NCBI GenBank assembly: GCA_002633005.1
Contig: NMRA01000076.1
Location: forward strand, 372,001-436,000
DNA length: 64,000 bases
Direction: 5' to 3'
Source: Phoronis australis
Lineage: Eukaryota; Animalia; Phoronida
The position numbers were made by a program, and so were the translations under genes. The notes beneath the pieces were generated by a model. That model was not told the DNA's origin, searched no databases, and worked only from the letters and a program-made list of their open reading frames with translations. The first letter of the stretch is position 1, and every line of letters starts with the position of its first letter. Positions 52,101 through 59,896 of the stretch are shown here, piece by piece.

Positions 52101-52291
52101 ACGTAGAGCAGGTGCGACACTATGGCCTCCGAGCGACTTCGGAAGAGCGTGATGTAGACGTCGACGTCGAGTACACGGTAAAAGTGCCAGTGTCACAGTT
52201 AAGTCTGACCACAGAGAGTGACCTGTCTGGTAGCGTGATGAGTCATATAGACTGGGACCAGGTGGACGATCTTATTAAGGACATCAATTAG
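82..52291 (+). CDS. CPLANE1: Ciliogenesis and planar polarity effector 1 (C5orf42/JBTS17) orthologue, multi-exon, 5' end outside window; 32 exons traced
   Basis: Motifs resembling vertebrate CPLANE1 (from memory) occur in colinear order: QRFSVSTHPRLPMLLCSDGYLVTVL; LWT..EVLLLSGLLPEAAWFANSMGDWK; FYLPAPPLFCPQP; QEMDEQFQAISQVSQKVESEF; GLSGLTDIVASII; C-terminal SPWSVNSDVRRIL and SGSVMSHIDWDQVDDLI. All junctions join in matching phase. Confidence 0.9.
1532..1776 (+). CDS. CPLANE1: CPLANE1 exon w2
   Basis: Strong polyT-tag acceptor; LLSAWHLLYRHV...; donor CTG|gtaggg (phase 2-1). Confidence 0.75.
1868..2440 (-). mobile_element. Decayed 3' end of a CR1/L2-group non-LTR retrotransposon
   Basis: Minus strand ~2330-2230 reads TFLNSTIALWKALPGHQRDITDLNTYKRQLKQY, like the post-RT 'WNxLP...FKxxLK' tail of CR1/L2 ORF2; followed by a 3'UTR and an AAT-rich tail; local strand skew is reversed. 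Confidence 0.65.
3270..3427 (+). CDS. CPLANE1: CPLANE1 exon w3 (ends at a GC donor)
   Basis: tttcag| acceptor phase 1; open frame PGSSKNRASVLHSILYSHLAQGDLSEAILL...; donor GCG|gcaagt phase 0. Confidence 0.75.
3666..3825 (+). CDS. CPLANE1: CPLANE1 exon w4
   Basis: tttcag| acceptor, AAG|gtatga donor; VVHSFVRFMATFFLDRPLHVHPPH. Confidence 0.85.
4173..4257. repeat. 21-bp minisatellite, about 4 copies
   Basis: Unit gggc(a/c)(t/g)..cagccacattca repeated; gives GHPSHIQ repeats in the ORF track. Confidence 0.9.
4626..4848 (+). CDS. CPLANE1: CPLANE1 exon w5
   Basis: ttccag| acceptor, AAG|gtattg donor; LLLSGLLPEAAWFANSMGDWK. Confidence 0.9.
5080..5294 (-). mobile_element. Probable decayed tRNA-derived SINE
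   Basis: Minus strand begins agccagtatagtgcggcctagggg...gggttcaagtccc (A-box-like plus B-box GGTTCAAGTCC); no intact cloverleaf seen. Confidence 0.4.
5489..5598 (+). CDS. CPLANE1: CPLANE1 exon w6
   Basis: tttcag| acceptor, CTG|gtaagt donor, phase 2-1 bridging neighbours; PTVNLTLPKRVQPKTIM. Confidence 0.8.
5851..6077 (+). CDS. CPLANE1: CPLANE1 exon w7
   Basis: ttttag| acceptor, GAG|gtaagg donor; DFYLPAPPLFCPQP. Confidence 0.9.
6503..6673 (+). CDS. CPLANE1: CPLANE1 exon w8
   Basis: cag| acceptor, AAG|gtacaa donor; ESKLRQKISCLIQKILLVL. Confidence 0.8.
6892..7104 (+). CDS. CPLANE1: CPLANE1 exon w9
   Basis: ttacag| acceptor, AAG|gtacgt donor; FRDFCSILWLLHARD. Confidence 0.87.
7441..9326 (+). 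CDS. CPLANE1: CPLANE1 exon w10 (1,886 bp)
   Basis: ccactag| acceptor, CAG|gtaagc donor; CLSWGLHLIPF, LPLLLPFS, LLWLVHWA motifs. Confidence 0.88.
10153..10221 (+). CDS. CPLANE1: CPLANE1 exon w11
   Basis: Long pyrimidine tract plus tag; CAG|gtaagt donor; phase 2-2; open frame. Confidence 0.7.
10665..10854 (+). CDS. CPLANE1: CPLANE1 exon w12
   Basis: ctgcag| acceptor, CAG|gtatgc donor; LQTIVRSELVRVLQ. Confidence 0.8.
11610..12042 (+). CDS. CPLANE1: CPLANE1 exon w13
   Basis: tttcag| acceptor, AAG|gtatgg donor; IQHESLLSLLG...; contains KDTQTS. Confidence 0.8.
12041..12256. repeat. ~44-bp G-rich minisatellite, about 5 copies, starting at the exon w13 donor
   Basis: Unit ~ggtatggtgtcaaagtatgtggggagtagggttgtataccagaga; GT positions 12043, 12088, 12131, 12176, 12220. 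Confidence 0.9.
12674..13454 (+). CDS. CPLANE1: CPLANE1 exon w14
   Basis: ttgcag| acceptor, ACG|gttagt donor; repeated G(L/F)PLL motifs. Confidence 0.8.
14687..14927 (+). CDS. CPLANE1: CPLANE1 exon w15 (weak AAG acceptor)
   Basis: Open frame LQRRAKKEPPNSAG...LAYSK, donor AAG|gtattt; acceptor chosen by phase only. Confidence 0.6.
14993..15473. mobile_element. Non-autonomous TIR element (hAT-like ends), family A copy 1, 6-bp TSD ctaaat
   Basis: caaggcttggaatt...aattccaagccctg; ctaaat at 14987-14992 and 15474-15479; homologous to 47879-48387. Confidence 0.85.
15497..16760 (+). mobile_element. Helentron-associated non-autonomous element (HINE/DINE-1-like), copy 1
   Basis: T-tract start, subTIRs atgcgcc...ggcgcat, short (ccgt)n, internal tandem array, 3' hairpin caacgctcggcgttg followed by ctcttgtt. 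Confidence 0.75.
16993..21189 (+). CDS. CPLANE1: Giant internal exon 1 of CPLANE1 (4,197 bp, 1,399 codons, phase 0-0)
   Basis: cttttgtag| acceptor in frame with the 17125 ORF; donor ATG|gtaaca; no stops; phases match flanking exons. Inclusion in CPLANE1 mRNA is inferred. Confidence 0.65.
21916..22051 (+). CDS. CPLANE1: CPLANE1 exon w17
   Basis: cttgaag| acceptor, CAG|gtagga donor; ...INQGYVIKP. Confidence 0.7.
22504..23133. repeat. ~300-bp near-identical direct duplication around an N (22808); likely assembly artefact
   Basis: 22504-22807 matches 22830-23133; I saw one substitution; ambiguous base at the junction. Confidence 0.8.
23428..23513 (+). CDS. CPLANE1: CPLANE1 exon w18
   Basis: caacag| acceptor, CAG|gtactg donor; SFDDHL...NAGIHLRAA; phase 1-0. 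Confidence 0.72.
23934..24252. mobile_element. Foldback/palindromic MITE-like element (~320 bp)
   Basis: Arms ...gtagtgagtgaaatgccctctgccagg..gatagg / cctatc..cctggcagagggcatttcactcactac...; ~12-nt loop; symmetry extends to agttaaaa/ttttaact. Confidence 0.75.
24396..24611 (+). CDS. CPLANE1: CPLANE1 exon w19
   Basis: tttcag| acceptor, CAG|gtaagt donor; ILAPDIFMGLRF. Confidence 0.82.
24851..25095 (+). CDS. CPLANE1: CPLANE1 exon w20
   Basis: tgccag| acceptor, TGA|gtatgt donor; GRAYLNVADMD. Confidence 0.78.
25734..25884 (+). CDS. CPLANE1: CPLANE1 exon w21
   Basis: ccactag| acceptor, CTA|gtgagt donor; QRLQEMDEQFQAISQVSQKVESEF. Confidence 0.85.
26489..26736. mobile_element. PIF/Harbinger-like MITE, copy 1 (CAG flanks)
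   Basis: Imperfect TIRs aggtccgttccaagaaa / tttcttagagtgggccc, flanked by cag; related to 46904-47115. Confidence 0.6.
26901..27221 (+). CDS. CPLANE1: CPLANE1 exon w22
   Basis: ttgcag| acceptor, GGG|gtgagt donor, phase 0-0; LLNTVENL...; alternative donor possible near 27093. Confidence 0.75.
27364..28076. mobile_element. Non-autonomous TIR element (hAT-like ends), family B, apparent 6-bp TSD aaatta
   Basis: tagggctgccaac...gttggcagccgtg; aaatta at 27358-27363 and 28077-28082; internal 31-bp duplication ~27535-27595. Confidence 0.6.
29798..29810. promoter_or_regulatory. Candidate RFX X-box (intronic)
   Basis: GTTGCCTAGCAAC matches the GTNRCC(N0-3)RGYAAC consensus. Confidence 0.5.
30557..30693 (+). 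CDS. CPLANE1: CPLANE1 exon w23
   Basis: polyT-gcag| acceptor, CAG|gtaaag donor; VAGLSGLTDIVASIIEEGG. Confidence 0.82.
31280..31505 (+). CDS. CPLANE1: CPLANE1 exon w24
   Basis: gtccag| acceptor, TTG|gtaatg donor; KKRRRELRNFRVRK...ETHPYQPP. Confidence 0.8.
31879..32768 (+). mobile_element. 5'-truncated, frameshifted RNase H-bearing non-LTR retrotransposon (LOA/I-group-like)
   Basis: TGAGVY; IFSDRQAAIKAL; HVKIDGNENADRLAKIG (non-LTR RNase H); ILTGH...CPECGTDVETPKHLVQSCP (CCHC knuckle); possible TSD ttcttatcc. Confidence 0.85.
33111..33250. mobile_element. Small TIR element (~140 bp), related to ~54592-54726
   Basis: ggtagagttc...gaacactacc ends; shared internal tacacga..atatc...ttttagc.aggtcctagc.tta. 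Confidence 0.5.
33763..33913 (+). CDS. CPLANE1: CPLANE1 exon w25
   Basis: ctgcag| acceptor, CTA|gtgagt donor; ARLRQAYDMMAEMV. Confidence 0.82.
35362..35464 (+). CDS. CPLANE1: CPLANE1 exon w26
   Basis: tgtag| acceptor, AAG|gtaacg donor; phase 1-2. Confidence 0.72.
35888..36153 (+). CDS. CPLANE1: CPLANE1 exon w27
   Basis: tttcag| acceptor; donor GAG|gtgaag, phase 1 (exact donor uncertain). Confidence 0.68.
36927..46757 (+). CDS. CPLANE1: Giant internal exon 2 of CPLANE1 (9,831 bp, 3,277 codons, phase 1-1), Q/E-rich repeats
   Basis: Branch-like ctgac plus ttctttcacccag| acceptor; donor GAG|gtagtt; uninterrupted 3,318-aa ORF; phases fit both neighbours. Confidence 0.72.
44111..45118 (+). repeat. 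Coding 336-bp (112-aa) tandem repeat, 3 copies
   Basis: Units start at 44111, 44447, 44783 (EQVFVDxRHVE...); near-identical. Confidence 0.95.
45575..46500 (+). repeat. Coding ~78-81-bp (26-27 aa) tandem repeat, about 11 copies
   Basis: Unit ~QQRDSVTSARSQQQKQRESI(S/R)KSxE. Confidence 0.9.
46904..47115. mobile_element. PIF/Harbinger-like MITE, copy 2 (CTG flanks)
   Basis: gagtctgttccaggaaaactgactt...tttcttggaacgggttc, flanked by ctg; related to 26489-26736. Confidence 0.6.
47488..47730 (+). CDS. CPLANE1: CPLANE1 exon w29
   Basis: ttgcag| acceptor, CAG|gtatga donor; KHYTELVKVQRPE...KSYTQRLSEL. Confidence 0.8.
47879..48387. mobile_element. Non-autonomous TIR element family A, copy 2, 6-bp TSD aaggtg
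   Basis: Perfect 14-bp TIR cagggcttggaatt / aattccaagccctg; aaggtg at 47873-47878 and 48388-48393. Confidence 0.88.
48437..50034 (+). mobile_element. Helentron-associated non-autonomous element (HINE-like), copy 2
   Basis: tttttatgcgccca...tgggcgcat subTIRs, 3' hairpin caacgttctacgttg followed by ctcttgtt, internal ~435-bp tandem units. Confidence 0.75.
50251..50427 (+). CDS. CPLANE1: CPLANE1 exon w30
   Basis: ttcaacag| acceptor, CAG|gtaagg donor; RHVKSYAERHQE. Confidence 0.8.
50938..51099 (+). CDS. CPLANE1: CPLANE1 exon w31
   Basis: ttgcag| acceptor, ATG|gtaggt donor; PRHTPQTYQDTLHQLQP. Confidence 0.78.
51861..52291 (+). CDS. CPLANE1: CPLANE1 last coding exon
   Basis: tttaag| acceptor; SPWSVNSDVRRIL and SGSVMSHIDWDQVDDLIKDIN*; TAG at 52289-52291. 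Confidence 0.88.
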
Positions 52292-52830
52292 AGTAGGAAG
52301 TCAACACTCATACTACTAGTGGGGCAATCTAACGCAGCTTACAATCAAGAGTTGGGAGAAGGGTACATAATTGATACTGATTTATTCAATGTGATACTGA
52401 GTAGCTGTCATCAACATTCCATCCCCCATTACATGTATGATGTTACACCTAGTGTTTCACGTTATGTGATGTTTTTATTAGTATTTTAGTGATGTAGAGA
52501 AAAGATCTAGTTCTGCGTCTATGGACGAATGTATCGTGGTCAAATCAGTTTCGTTTTGGTGTCCTTACTTGTACTCTATAGCTGGTTGCGGGCTCTGTTG
52601 ACAGTACTAGTCATTGTCTGGCGGATGTGCAGTGCTTAAGTCCATCTTTATTATAAATAGTGCTCTCTCAAGCATGTCAAATGTCTCACTTTGGAGCCGA
52701 TCCTGTAACTGGAAACTGTAACTTGAAAAGGTGACTTAAAACTTCGGACAGAAATTTGGCCTTATGCCCCCTCTCTTCACAATTGTGGAGTAAAGGTATA
52801 TTGCCAAAAAAGATTTTTTGTGAATTATTT

Positions 52831-53000
52831 CAGTAACTAGTAGTTACTCTCAAGTGAAATTTTATCATTTTTCAGTAACTAGTAGTTACTATCAAGTGAA
52901 ATTTTATCATTTTTCAGTAACTAGTAGTTACTGTCAAGTGAAATTTTATCATTTTTCAGTAACTAGTAGTTACTATCAAGTGAAATTTTATCATTTTTCA
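52831..53000. repeat. 42-bp minisatellite x4 in the putative CPLANE1 3'UTR
   Basis: Unit cagtaactagtagttactNtcaagtgaaattttatcattttt at 52831, 52873, 52915, 52957. Confidence 0.95.
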
Positions 53001-53475
53001 TAAATGACTGCATGGAGCAAAAGACAAGTTTCTGACTTCAGTTTTTCGTCATTTTTCACGGAACAAACTTCAGCACCTAGATGTTACTTTTGTATCCTAC
53101 TTTTGTTTTTGTTACGAAATTTCATTTAAATCACTGTCACTGAACAATACCTCAGCGAAGCTTCAGTGCTGAAACACTTCGTTGTTCTTGAGATTTGAAG
53201 TCTGCGTTAGCCTGAGTCTTGTGGCAGGCCATTTACTATTCAGCCGTGTGATGTTGACTTAGTTGTTTCAACAAGTTTATTTGTAATGTTACATTGGGTC
53301 ATTTCGGTTGTGACGTGATGTGGTGCTATGTTAGCTGGTGAAGCAAGAGCAAAGCTGCCAAGAATAGAATGTGTGTTAACAATGCAACCGGTGTTTATGT
53401 GGAAACTAATGAAGGAAGTTTAATTCAGTTGAGGATACTCAAAAATTAAGTGCTTAATGAAAAGGTTATTGTAAA

Positions 53476-53481
53476 AATAAA
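53476..53481 (+). promoter_or_regulatory. Candidate polyadenylation signal of CPLANE1
   Basis: AATAAA followed by T/GT-rich sequence, just before the strand-skew switch at ~53.7 kb. Confidence 0.5.
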
Positions 53482-56400
53482 CTTAATGTGCCAAATTTTG
53501 TGCAATTTCTATTACATATTTTGTGGACTGGCTGTTTGTTACTAGCAAATTTTGGAGCAGTTACATGCAACTAATTTCATGGCGGGAAAGTTCTGTCAAA
53601 AATTACCGCTGCTTTTCCATGTCTCTTAAGAATTTAATTACGTCGTAAAACAGAAGTTCATCATGAAAAATTCTGTTCTGGAATACCGTTAAGAATAACT
53701 GTGACACCATCATAAATAAGTAAATGTGTATATTTATACATATCCATAAAATACAATCACCATCACGACTCTCTCATTCTAACTCACACTAGACAAAATG
53801 CATTTAAATATTAATGACAAAGACATTTTCAGATCCTTCTGGTATCACATACATTACCATTCACTTCCAGTACCTAATAAAACCTATACCCATGTTATTT
53901 CATTTTACATGATAAATTTGACAGAACTTCCAGCCCAAGGAAGTGAAGTACCTCTATTCCTCATAGATAACAAGAGTACCAGTATTCAGAAATTGAGCAA
54001 ATTCTCAATTTTCACTTTTAACAAAGGTATAGATAAAATGAGGCGCCCATTCACTAACCCACATGACCATACCGTATGACGATGAACACGACTAAACAAA
54101 ACACCACATGCACTTTAACTTAAACGATAAGCACTGCCACTTGAAACTATTCTAAATGCTACCAAGAGTCACTTTTCAAACGAGAATTTAAAGGGGAAGT
54201 GAACCCATGCTTTGAGCCAGCCAAACACAAACTTAAAATACAGGCCACTAACTGTCATAATATCCATATCCTCACAGACTAGTTCATTAGTAAAAATTAC
54301 AAATGATTCCTAGGCTGTAGAAGAACTGACGGATACAGACTACACTCGTTAAGTTGCCAATGTCATAACACATTACTTTCAGTTGCAAAAGCAATTTGGC
54401 CGTCAGCACAATTCCAGGTAATCTATTGCAACAAAATTCAGTTCAAACAAAGGTTAAGAACATGACGACCTTGCTTGTGCACCCTCATTCTCTCAGGAAA
54501 ACTTAACATTTTCAGTACAGGCCACTAACCATTATAAAACCAACCTCATCTAGTTTCTTACTCAACTTGAAAGTAGGGTATAACAATTAATGGCAGTTCA
54601 TAAGTGCAAGAAACCAGCTAGGACCTCGCAAAAATCTAGTCAAAATCTCGTGTTATTTAAAATACACGATGATATCCCGCGACGTCTCGCTTTTTAGCGA
54701 GGTCCTAGCGTTAGTGAACTCTACCTAGGTTCAGATTGTTGGTTTAACACCGTGGCTCGTTTAATGCACCAGAGCCTGGTCTTGAGGAGTAATGAACCGG
54801 CAATCATTCCCAAGACCAGAAATCACGCGTAGATAAGGAACAAGATGAGGCCATTCTTACAACAGTAAGAGGTCTAAATTTGTTTTGACAAACCACGCAA
54901 TAAAAGCAACCCTGAAGGTTGGGGTCTATGTATTCGATTTAGAGAGCGATGTATATAAATGCATAGTGCATAACGAATGATCACTACACGTCTTACAGAA
55001 AATATCAATCACGTGTTGATGACTAGCTACATGGTCAGTAATAAATAGTCCATGAAATATTATTAATGGCCTGTCAAAATGAGAGTACTGTGGTCAGACA
55101 GGTGCATTGCCAGCACCCAAATGCAGTTCAAATATGCCCTTCACACAGTTTTTACGTGCAAGTTATTTCACATATTTACACATAATACGACAATTCTCCA
55201 CTTATTTTGCACAAACATAATTAACCAAAATTCATATTTTTTTCATTTTTCAAAGGCTTACTACCTTCTTTCAAATATTGTTTTATGATCTCTACACACT
55301 ACAATCCATGTTAGTGATCAGTTAAAAATTTTAAAATTTCTATTTCTGTGGAGAAATTAGATAAAACAAAATTTCACTCGTTGACCATAATGTGCACTAA
55401 ATAGGTGAGGAATTACCATACATCACTGGATGCGGTTCAGCATATATTAACATAATGCACTTACAATATTTACATAACTAACGAGTTACTAACCTAAATG
55501 GCATCTCCTGACTGAAACGGGAGGTATGTGTGCACCTCTTACTGACAAAATTCTTAATTCATATGCACCTATGTCATGTCGTGTACCTGCTGACTTGACT
55601 GACACAGCAATACCTCCGCCAAAAAAGCACCCTAGCCTGCGTTAGCACACAGTAACAAATAGTGTAAAGGTCAAGTCAAAAAATAAAGGTCAAACTCTTT
55701 ATAGACCTACACAAAAAACTCCCGTCTCCCCAACCCTGTTGTGTTAGTAAGCTTGGAATTAAAGCAGAGTTAGTAGACAACAAAAGTCACTTAGATAAAT
55801 AAGCCAATTAACAGACACAACCCTGTGTTTCCACAACGCCCTCCTTTGCTTGGCAGTTAAAAAGAAAATTAAATTCAAAGAAAGTCAAGAAGAATGTCCA
55901 GAAAATCAACGTCCGTATTCAGCACCCGACAAAACAGAACAACTGACATGCTCACTGATCTAAAACACAATTTTGTTTTCAATATCGATTTCAAACATGC
56001 TGTCAGCATCAAAAACGAAATTACACTCCGACCAAACATTGCCATTCCAAAGATTGATTTTGATTGTACACATGGGAACAAAACACAATGCTGTCTCCGA
56101 GCATGCAGATTCTGTCATGACTCCAAATATATGCTAAAAGAAAGCAAACAACAAGGGTGTTAGTTTGACAACATGCAGTTACTGACTGAAAACATCAGAA
56201 GCTATGTAAATATCACCAAAAGGGGGAGCTAGCACAACTCAAACTGAGATGCCATCTGCACCACACTAGGGGATTTTTAGTTGAATTAACACGAACCTTT
56301 AACGTTATTAGGATATAGAGGTCCACGTCCAAATTACGTATGGAATCACGAAAAGGGCATTGGTCAAAATAGAACTTGCATCTTCACAATGATGATTTTA

Positions 56401-57309
56401 GGTTTCACCAAAAAAAACACAGTTGGTTGTGGTCTCTACCTCAACTCATTCTCAAACCTGCACTCATTGACTAAAAAAAGACAAAACACCCGCCCACACC
56501 AATTTCAGCCAATGTCTTGTTTTCTTTGAAAAGCTGCACAAAGGCATGTAAGCAAGGGAAAAGAGGATTTGAAATCCTACGATTTGCCAAGCAATGAGTA
56601 AAAAAAATCCCGTATCATTTTTGCTCGCCTCAGGTGATTTTCCCATTGAAAAACTGAGCAACTAAAAATGCTCATTACCAACTAGATTTTCAACAAAAAA
56701 ACAGCGACCAGAACCAACTTAGCATTTTTGTGATATTACTGTCAGAAACTCGGGTGAAATCGCATGATCACTCACACAACTCGGGTGTTCAAAACAAACC
56801 AAGTTAACAAAGCCATCTATTAGTGGATCATAGTAATTCTTCACTATTTTGCATAAAAATCACCGAGCAAGAGTGATTACCTTAATGGAAACTTAATTAC
56901 CATAGACGCGTTGTTTGATGATGAACACACAGGACAGAACAACTTAATAATACAAAAAGATTAATCTTCAGCATAGAAAAATTTTGAAAAAATCGAATTT
57001 CACTTGTACGCTGTACTGTGAGCTAAACAGTGAAGAATTACCGTAGTTTATAAGTTGGAAAACACAGAAAAGATGGTGAAGAAGAAAAAAGTTAAGAACT
57101 CTTAACGGTCAAACATTTTCTAAATAATGGGTTAAGCCACTAAGCAGTTGTTATTTCCTATGAGCTAAAAACCAATTTCCCACCTTACAATCCTATCCAC
57201 TAGCATGGCGTGGATCTAAAAATAATTCGATCAAAATGACAATAACACCGAAACATGCTCGTCGGTCACAACAAAATGAGAAGTGAGCACCCATGGAAAT
57301 GAATGCCAT

Positions 57310-57477
57310 CAGTACAGGACAAAAGTAATCGGACAAGATACCGCCATGGCGTGTAATAACCACCACAAGCCATCGTGACTGGTCAGTTGAGCGACTCTGA
57401 TGGTGATTTCAACTTGCACTTTGCCGTCATAAAGGGAATTCCGCGACATTTTGTCCGATTATTTTTGGTGTGTACTG
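57310..57477. mobile_element. Tc1/mariner-like MITE (168 bp)
   Basis: ~27-bp imperfect TIR cagtacaggacaaaagtaatcggacaa / ttgtccgattatttttggtgtgtactg; TA on the right flank only. Confidence 0.6.
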
Positions 57478-59752
57478 TACTCACAAAGTTCGGCAGAATA
57501 AAGTTTTACACACGGTAAAATGTGGGGAGAAGGATGAAGACAATTGAAAAATGACACCACAACGTGGTCCAGTTTCACCACTGCACGGAAACATTTCACA
57601 ACCATGGAATTTGCACTCTAATCAAGTGAAGCAATTGCTGAAGTTTCAAGAGTGAGTTCGAAGATTGGGTCCTGAGCCCATGTCACTACTTTGCAATCAA
57701 TCACCTGACCCATGGTTGTGAAGTATAAAACTAGGATTTTTGGTATATTTCATTTTGCGCATTCATACATTTGACCATAATAGGCATGAAACAGAACCTA
57801 CTAATTTGGCATTTAATTTCATTTTACACTGTGCCTGTAGACCCGTGCAACACAAAAGATAGAAGCATGCACACACAAAGCTGTTGTAGAACACCAAGCC
57901 AAGGATTACGCACAAGAACAAGATTCAAGAAGCGACATGCAGGGGAAGCACCGGTCAACAGACAATGCTTGAACTGAAATGAACACAGGTTGAATTGAAA
58001 CAACACATCAAACTGACGACATAGAAAGGAGACACAATAAAGGAGTGACACGAATACTGACTGTTATTAACCATCTCACCCATTCAACTAAATATGTCGA
58101 GATAGTCGATTACTATATCCGTGGTTGCTCGACAGCAACAACTCATTTGAATAACTGGTTATGTTTCACAAGCAGTCTACGGGCAGATAAGAGCAATGCA
58201 GTTATCCTGTTCTTGGTATTTCACACGCCACACAGCTTATCAAATGGAAACAACAGATTATGTTTCCCAAGCAGTTGACGGCCAGAACTGTAACCTGCTT
58301 TTTGCAAACCACATGACCAACTACAGCTTGGCAATTTCAAGAATTGCAGCTCGACCTTTTGAGTTCATGTGACCATTTCATCCGAAAAAGCAATCGGTGT
58401 AAATCCAATACTCATGTCAAAAACTGATAAACTTTATGGACAAATTTTAAAGTAGAATGGTAAGACCACGTAGAGTGACTAGAGATGTTATACTGCGTTC
58501 AAAGTTAATATGATTCACAGCTGCTTGGCCCGAGCATTTGTGAGTCCGCCTACTGAATCGTTTCTTAACCCTTGACATTAAAGCAGTGAACAGGGTCGAT
58601 TTAATGACACTCCACTCGACCATGAATACAGTAAGAGTACCTTTTAAGTAAATATTTACATTTACAACTCCCCTAAAAAATCTCTGAGTAACAGAAATGG
58701 AGAAATTTAACATAGCACCATGAGCGAATGATATGCTTTAACACCGACATGAGCACCTCAACTGTTTCATTTAAATCAATTCCTCGTTTTTTAGTTGGGC
58801 CGACTTTTAGATAAGCCATCAGTTGTCCAGCTTTGTACCACATCCAAAAGAAAACGGAAAATAAAACCTTACCAATCGCTCGTTCCATGAAAATGACAAA
58901 AGACTTCAGACAGCAAATTGGTGTAATACTCCCACTTCAAAGTTGATGAAAAAGGGTTTAAGCAAGTAAATATGAAAACATCATACAAATTATCTCAGTA
59001 GCAAGCAGTTCTATGTATGTTTTCTGAGACTGTATTTTTGGTCAAGTGATATTTATTTTATTTTCTGAAATTGTTGTGTGGAGCATAAGACCAAATTTCG
59101 GAATGAAGTCTTAAAAGTCACTTTTCATGATACCGACCCCAGAACCAGTTCAAATGAATACTAGATGTTTTCATTTATTTAACAAGATTTCGTTTCCATG
59201 GTGGAAGCAGAATTTTGCAGACGAGATCAGTCTCGCTTGTATGTTTCACAGAAAAAACTGCTTACCAGTGAGACCAATGTTCGCTGCATCTCTGAACACA
59301 AACTTTCTTAACCACCTTCCCATGAATCAATAAGCTCACATACCTATGTCAACACTGTTTTTCGTGCTTATATGCACACATACATATATATATATATATG
59401 CCCCCGTGAATTGTCTTATCAACTTCCTTCCCAATATGAGGTATTCAAAAAAAAACACAGCATTAGAGTCTAACATTCCTAGCTGGCTTGGTCTTGGAAC
59501 AAAACTTCAGTATCAGAATCTCAAATCTTAATAGCAGCTAGCAGGTAAAGTGCTTCGTCCAGGGTAACCAAAGCAGGGTAATGATAGTCGCTCTCCATAC
59601 TCAATGACCATGAAAATACCAAAATGGAGGCGAATACCAATAAAGATTACTGCAGAAGAAGCGCGGCGAATCGTGTCGATGCAACAACTGATTAAAAAAT
59701 GTGATCCCAGTGTGAGCGGGGTTTTAACTCGGTTCACAGGTGCAATGCTCAT

Positions 59753-59896
59753 TCACCTTGGCGGAGATGTGACCGCCCCTGGGGAGGCGTTGGGTATACG
59801 TCTGGTGTGCGCCTGCCGTTGTCGCGCCAGGAATGACTGGCCAACGCTGGCATTGCTCAGCCTGTCCTCCACTGCCTTTCGGTGAAGCTGCGTGCC
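59753..59896 (-). CDS. HOOK: HOOK probable last coding exon
   Basis: tttcag| then GTQLHRKAVEDRLSNASVGQSFLARQRQAHTRRIPNASPGAVTSPPR*; the stop overlaps a possible donor AAG|gtgaat. Confidence 0.8.
   Translation of the reverse strand, partial: GTQLHRKAVEDRLSNASVGQSFLARQRQAHTRRIPNASPGAVTSPPR

Noticed and set aside
52831-53000. CRISPR-like array of palindromic repeats
   Set aside because: No unique spacers, no cas genes, eukaryotic context
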